The position numbers were made by a program, and so were the translations under genes. From Takakia lepidozioides (lineage: Eukaryota; Plantae; Bryophyta), in assembly GCA_030704615.1 (NCBI GenBank), contig CM060731.1, positions 48,050,001-48,114,000 of the forward strand: 64,000 nt of DNA, read 5' to 3'. The notes under the pieces are model-generated. The model was given only the letters and a program-made list of their open reading frames with translations, had not been told where the DNA came from and searched no databases. Positions 60,182 through 64,000 of the stretch are shown piece after piece (position 1 is the first letter of the stretch; every line of letters begins with the position of its first letter).

Positions 60182-63100
60182 CACTACAAGAAAAGAGGGG
60201 CCTTTGCGACGCCCGGGCCACATCGCAGCGTCGGGAAAACGCGCATTTCGGGTACGCGGTAGGCGCCGAATTTGCGACGCCCGGCCGTCGCCCGACAGTC
60301 GCATGGGCGTCGCCAAAATGACATCGCAAAAATGCGACGTATGGGGGTCACGAGCCCCCACCCCAACTCCCACGACTGCCGGACGTCGTTTTTTGGGTCG
60401 TCCGCGCCGATGGCAGGGACCTCCTTTGAACGAGGTCTCGCCGTCGCGGCCCTCCAGCCGACAGCGTTGGTGGGGACAACGACGCGGCGTCACATCCCCT
60501 TTTTTTCTAACCTGCCCGGGAGTCCCATCCTAAAACCCAAAAACACGGACACGTGGCGTAAGGCGGGTGGTATGCCAAGCGACGTCAGTGCGTCGCTGCA
60601 AGCGACTATTGGCATGGCAAAAAAAAACAGCAGGAACAGGAGTCGGGCTCCGCCATGCCCGGGCGTGGTTTTCGCGACGCTCTGACGTCGCTTTTTTATA
60701 TATTTAATCAAAAAATAAAAGACGTGGTGCAGGCAGGGTGGCAGGCTCCGCGCGCCAGGGGCGTCGCGGCTTACCCCCGGACCAAAAAAACACGTCGGAA
60801 GGGGTGTCGGGTGTTGCCGCCCGCAAATGGGATTTGCGACGCTTGACCGTCGCTAATGGCGACATAATGTAGTCGCGAGGGCAGCCTGGTTGGGGGGGGG
60901 GTCGGGGGTTGATTTTGGGGGTGAATTGGGGGTGTTTTTTGTTTACTGCCTGGTTTTGTTTTTGGGGATGGGAGACCTTACAGCTTCTATTTCTCTGATT
61001 TAGCAGGTACACAATTGAGCAAGCATGAATCGAGGGTGAGGACGGTGCGACACATGAATAAGATGGAAGAGGGAAAGATGGAAATATAATGAGCTGAAAA
61101 GCTCACAAGGGTTCAGTAGGCTGACCCTGGGACCTACATGGACTAGGACTAGTCATCCTCATCCTCATCCTCAGTGGAGGACTCAGAGCTATCCGATGAG
61201 CTTGATGACTCCGCGCCCTTTGCCAGAGCACCTAAATGAGGCGGCGTTCCCCTAAGTCCCATAGAGCTCTTATCCAATCCCTGGCCATGACCCCGACCTC
61301 CATACTAGTGCCTTGTAGTACACTCATCCCCTCTGTGTTGGCCATGTTCTTTATGAGGGATTGCCAACCATGCTCCTTGGCGTAGTTGTACTCTACCGGA
61401 GATGGCTTTCTCTCAAACGCGTGCAGCTACACATGCCACAAATTAAAGTCAGTTCTTCGCGATGATGGAGCTAGAAAGAAGACATAACAAAATCCATAGG
61501 GAAGTACGACTTACAAATCGCAAGATAAAACCCTTGGATCCGTCGGCGCCCCACTTGTGTGTGGATTCGTGCTTGTCAAGGCTGACTGTTGTTGCTTCGC
61601 GTGCCTGGTCAAATTTGGCCTTGTTTGCAGCATTAGTCTCTCCCGCAATGAGTGCATCCACGATACCTATGACCTATAAGTAAATTACACACATACGTTG
61701 CATCGAATCCACCTCATTAATGCACATGCGACAAATGGAAGGTGACATGATTTGGGATTTGCCAACCTGTGTAATTCCATAAGGTGGTTTGGGTATGGCC
61801 CCTTTTTCCATTGCCCTCCGAATGATCTGTCTGGCACGGTACCTCCTGTCCTTCAAGTTTCGCCCCACCATCTCCATCACCCTTGTGTCACTCCAATTGC
61901 CCGGAAACCGGCGGTCTAACTCACGGGCATACGCCCGCTTCGCACCAAAGTGTTGATCAGCCCACTCGATGTGCAAAGGGACCACCTCAATGCGAGTTCG
62001 AAGGGTGGCTTCTTCATAGCCTCCCAGAACGCACCGCAGGGGTCACCATGGCGATTCACCTCCACCGGTGGCACCACGATCTTTGCCAACTCCACGTCTG
62101 TATCGCCAAGGCCATCCCACCCTCTCCTTCTTCTGTAGCCTCCTTCTCCTGCTCCTTGTTACCCCTGCCCTCCCCCGCCCCGCATGCACACTCACCACAT
62201 GGGACTTCTTCTTCTTCTTCTTCTTTCCTTCCCTTTCACGACCATTTCCTTCCTTTCCCGCTACTTCCCACTCTCTCTCTTCTCCTTCTCCCTCTCCCTT
62301 CTCCTCTCTCTCTCCTCGCAGTCCCTTCATTGATGGTAAAAGGGTCTCGGAGATCGAGGCCTCTTCTTCTTACCTTTGGTGTTCGGGCCCTTCATGAACA
62401 CCACGTGCTCTCCCTCATTGGCAACCCCACTGGACTGCACCAATGAGGCCAGCCATGTTGCTGCCTCCCTGAAGACAAATAACCCCTCCAAATTCAAAAA
62501 AAGAAACAAACAACAAAGAAAATCATGCATGCAAAGGAAAGGATAAATCATGGAACAGGTGCAACAGTTGTACCTTTGCAAGCTTGTCCGACTCGCCCTT
62601 GGTGTCACCCAATGTGGTAGGAGTCCCCGTTTCCGGATGTGCCCGCTCTATCCCCTCCCGGAGCGCCACTGGAAGTAGATTCCAGATGTGGAGCATAGCC
62701 GGCGGCGGCGCCCCGTAGTCCAGACCCTTCTTTGCTGACCGCTCAGGCTCAGGGGGCGGTGTCGCTGATCGGCTAGGCTGCTCCGAACCGGCCCATACCT
62801 CCTCCTCTCCCCCCCCCAAATGCGTATCAGGGTAGAAGCCCTCACCCGGCTTGACTTCTTCGAGGCGCTTCGCTATCTTGGCCACTTCATTGGCCCTCCT
62901 CGTCTCCTCCTCCCTCATCGACAACAATGGGCTGGCAATGGAGGCTTTCAAAGGCCCTTGAACCTGATGTTGGGCCTTGGCAAGTGCAGCCTTTGCTGCG
63001 GAGGAAGGGGTCGCTATGGGGGTGACATCCAAAAGGTGCCCATACCGGGCCCCCCGAACGGGTGATTGCTTGCCAAGGTACATTTCACCCGTCTTGGTGG

Positions 63101-63554
63101 TCGGGGTGTGCTCAACTGAGCATCTGGCTCAACAACAACCTCCCGAATATGAGAGCTGGCTGAGCCGGCCCCTGGCACATCCAAGATGTGGACAAGAGGG
63201 GGGGTACTGGCTGCGGCTGTCGACGGGGCTGGTTAGCCGTGAGACGCCCTGGCGCGTCACACGTGCCGGCAGAGCAAACGGATTGTCCGCCCTTTTCTTT
63301 GGGGCAGGGGACTTCTTCTCTTTCCCCATAAGCTGGCACCTGTCATGCAAACCCACAAGTTGGCCTCATTAGGAACATTCCAGATCAAAAACAAAAAAAA
63401 CCAAGCATGTCGGGGGCTGAGAGCAGCAAGTGCTCAGGGTCTCGAGAGGGGCAACAAAGAGAAAAGAAAAAGGTGGGGAGGGGGGGAAGTATTGAGCACC
63501 ACGAGCTCAATCACTCCCCCCCCATTTTTTATTTTTTTTTTTGTTTCCTGGTTT

Positions 63555-63570
63555 CTCCCTCTCCCTCTCC

Positions 63571-63624
<54 letters not shown>

Positions 63625-63628
63625 CCTC
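63555..63628. repeat. (CT)n microsatellite
   Basis: Directly visible. Confidence 0.95.
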
Positions 63629-63693
63629 TCTTTTTGCTGTTCACAAAAGTAAACAAACCACAAAGGAGAGAGGGTGCAGAAAAAGTTAAAAGA

Positions 63694-64000
63694 TTGTACT
63701 CATAAGACGTTGTTTGTCGTAGCCTTGTGGCCATTGACCCCGCGCGCCCAGTTTGAGCGGAAAAAAAGGGACATAACCTGCCTCTGTCAGGGGCTGACGT
63801 TGGTAGTAAGACTTACCTTCATATATAGAATTAATCTAGGTTTTCCATATATCCTCTAGAAATCCCTTCACACAAGCATCAAACTGTTGTGTGTGATTTG
63901 CCCAATAACTAGGCCTCAGGAGGGCCTGGGCTTTTGGTTCAGCCTTGAGACTTTCAAAGTTGGTAAACAGAGGTACAGGCACAATTCCCTTGATAGATTT
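63694..64000 (-). mobile_element. LINE family A 3' end (runs off the window), inserted in the CACTA element
   Basis: Reverse complement ends AACAACGTCTTATGAGTACAA followed by TCT. Confidence 0.9.

Larger units (their letters stand above)
60182..64000 (-). mobile_element. CACTA (En/Spm) transposon end with subterminal repeats and a spliced TNPA-like ORF; continues beyond the window
   Basis: TIR CACTACAAGAAAA lies at 60182. Dense direct and inverted GCGACGC/GCGTCGC motifs span 60204-60870. Minus-strand exons at about 61240-63083 include VPLHIEWADQ..ELDRRFPG..VGRNLKDRRYRAR and HKWGADG. Confidence 0.8.

Noticed and set aside
60106-61012. Cluster of Arg/Pro/Gly-rich ORFs
   Set aside because: These are by-products of the GC-rich CACTA subterminal repeats.
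1-64000. tRNA/rRNA genes, or a bacterial or organellar insert
   Set aside because: None recognised by eye, and the MTase-like sequence has a spliceosomal intron, which argues against contamination. A tRNAscan-SE/Infernal run would be needed to exclude small RNA genes.

Overview
Eukaryotic land-plant nuclear DNA. A non-seed plant such as a moss is inferred from the PLS-DYW PPR style, the two RTE-X-like LINE families and the gene content. Host genes are spliced and mostly on the minus strand: PIG-X with a long predicted N-terminal extension, an apparently intact NOP14, and an SMP/C2 synaptotagmin-like gene. There is also a two-exon trypsin-like protease gene resembling Crinkler-type effectors. 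Decayed genes include DUF247, an intronless PDCD2 copy, a PPR-DYW gene whose DYW segment is inverted, a class I PRPP synthetase and a DCC thiol-disulfide oxidoreductase. Mobile DNA comprises a Helitron-type PIF1 helicase remnant, a fold-back element, about 12 copies of a tail-less LINE (family A, one full length with a 15-bp TSD), about 5 copies of a (CATTT)n-tailed LINE (family B), a copia RNase H fragment and a CACTA terminus. The most notable observation is missed by the ORF track. It is a spliced remnant of a beta-class N4C/N6A DNA methyltransferase, lying between the Helitron helicase and an array of covarying GTCAAC-centred hairpins, upstream of a hairpin+CTAG candidate Helitron end. This suggests a Helitron that carries a prokaryote-type DNA amino-methyltransferase. 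Other notable features are LINE-A ending about 6 nt after its stop codon with TCT-initiated target sites, the DYW inversion at a microhomology, and a 1.6-kb inverted duplication with a 156-bp palindrome near its axis. All calls come from manual reading of the sequence; no database searches were run.
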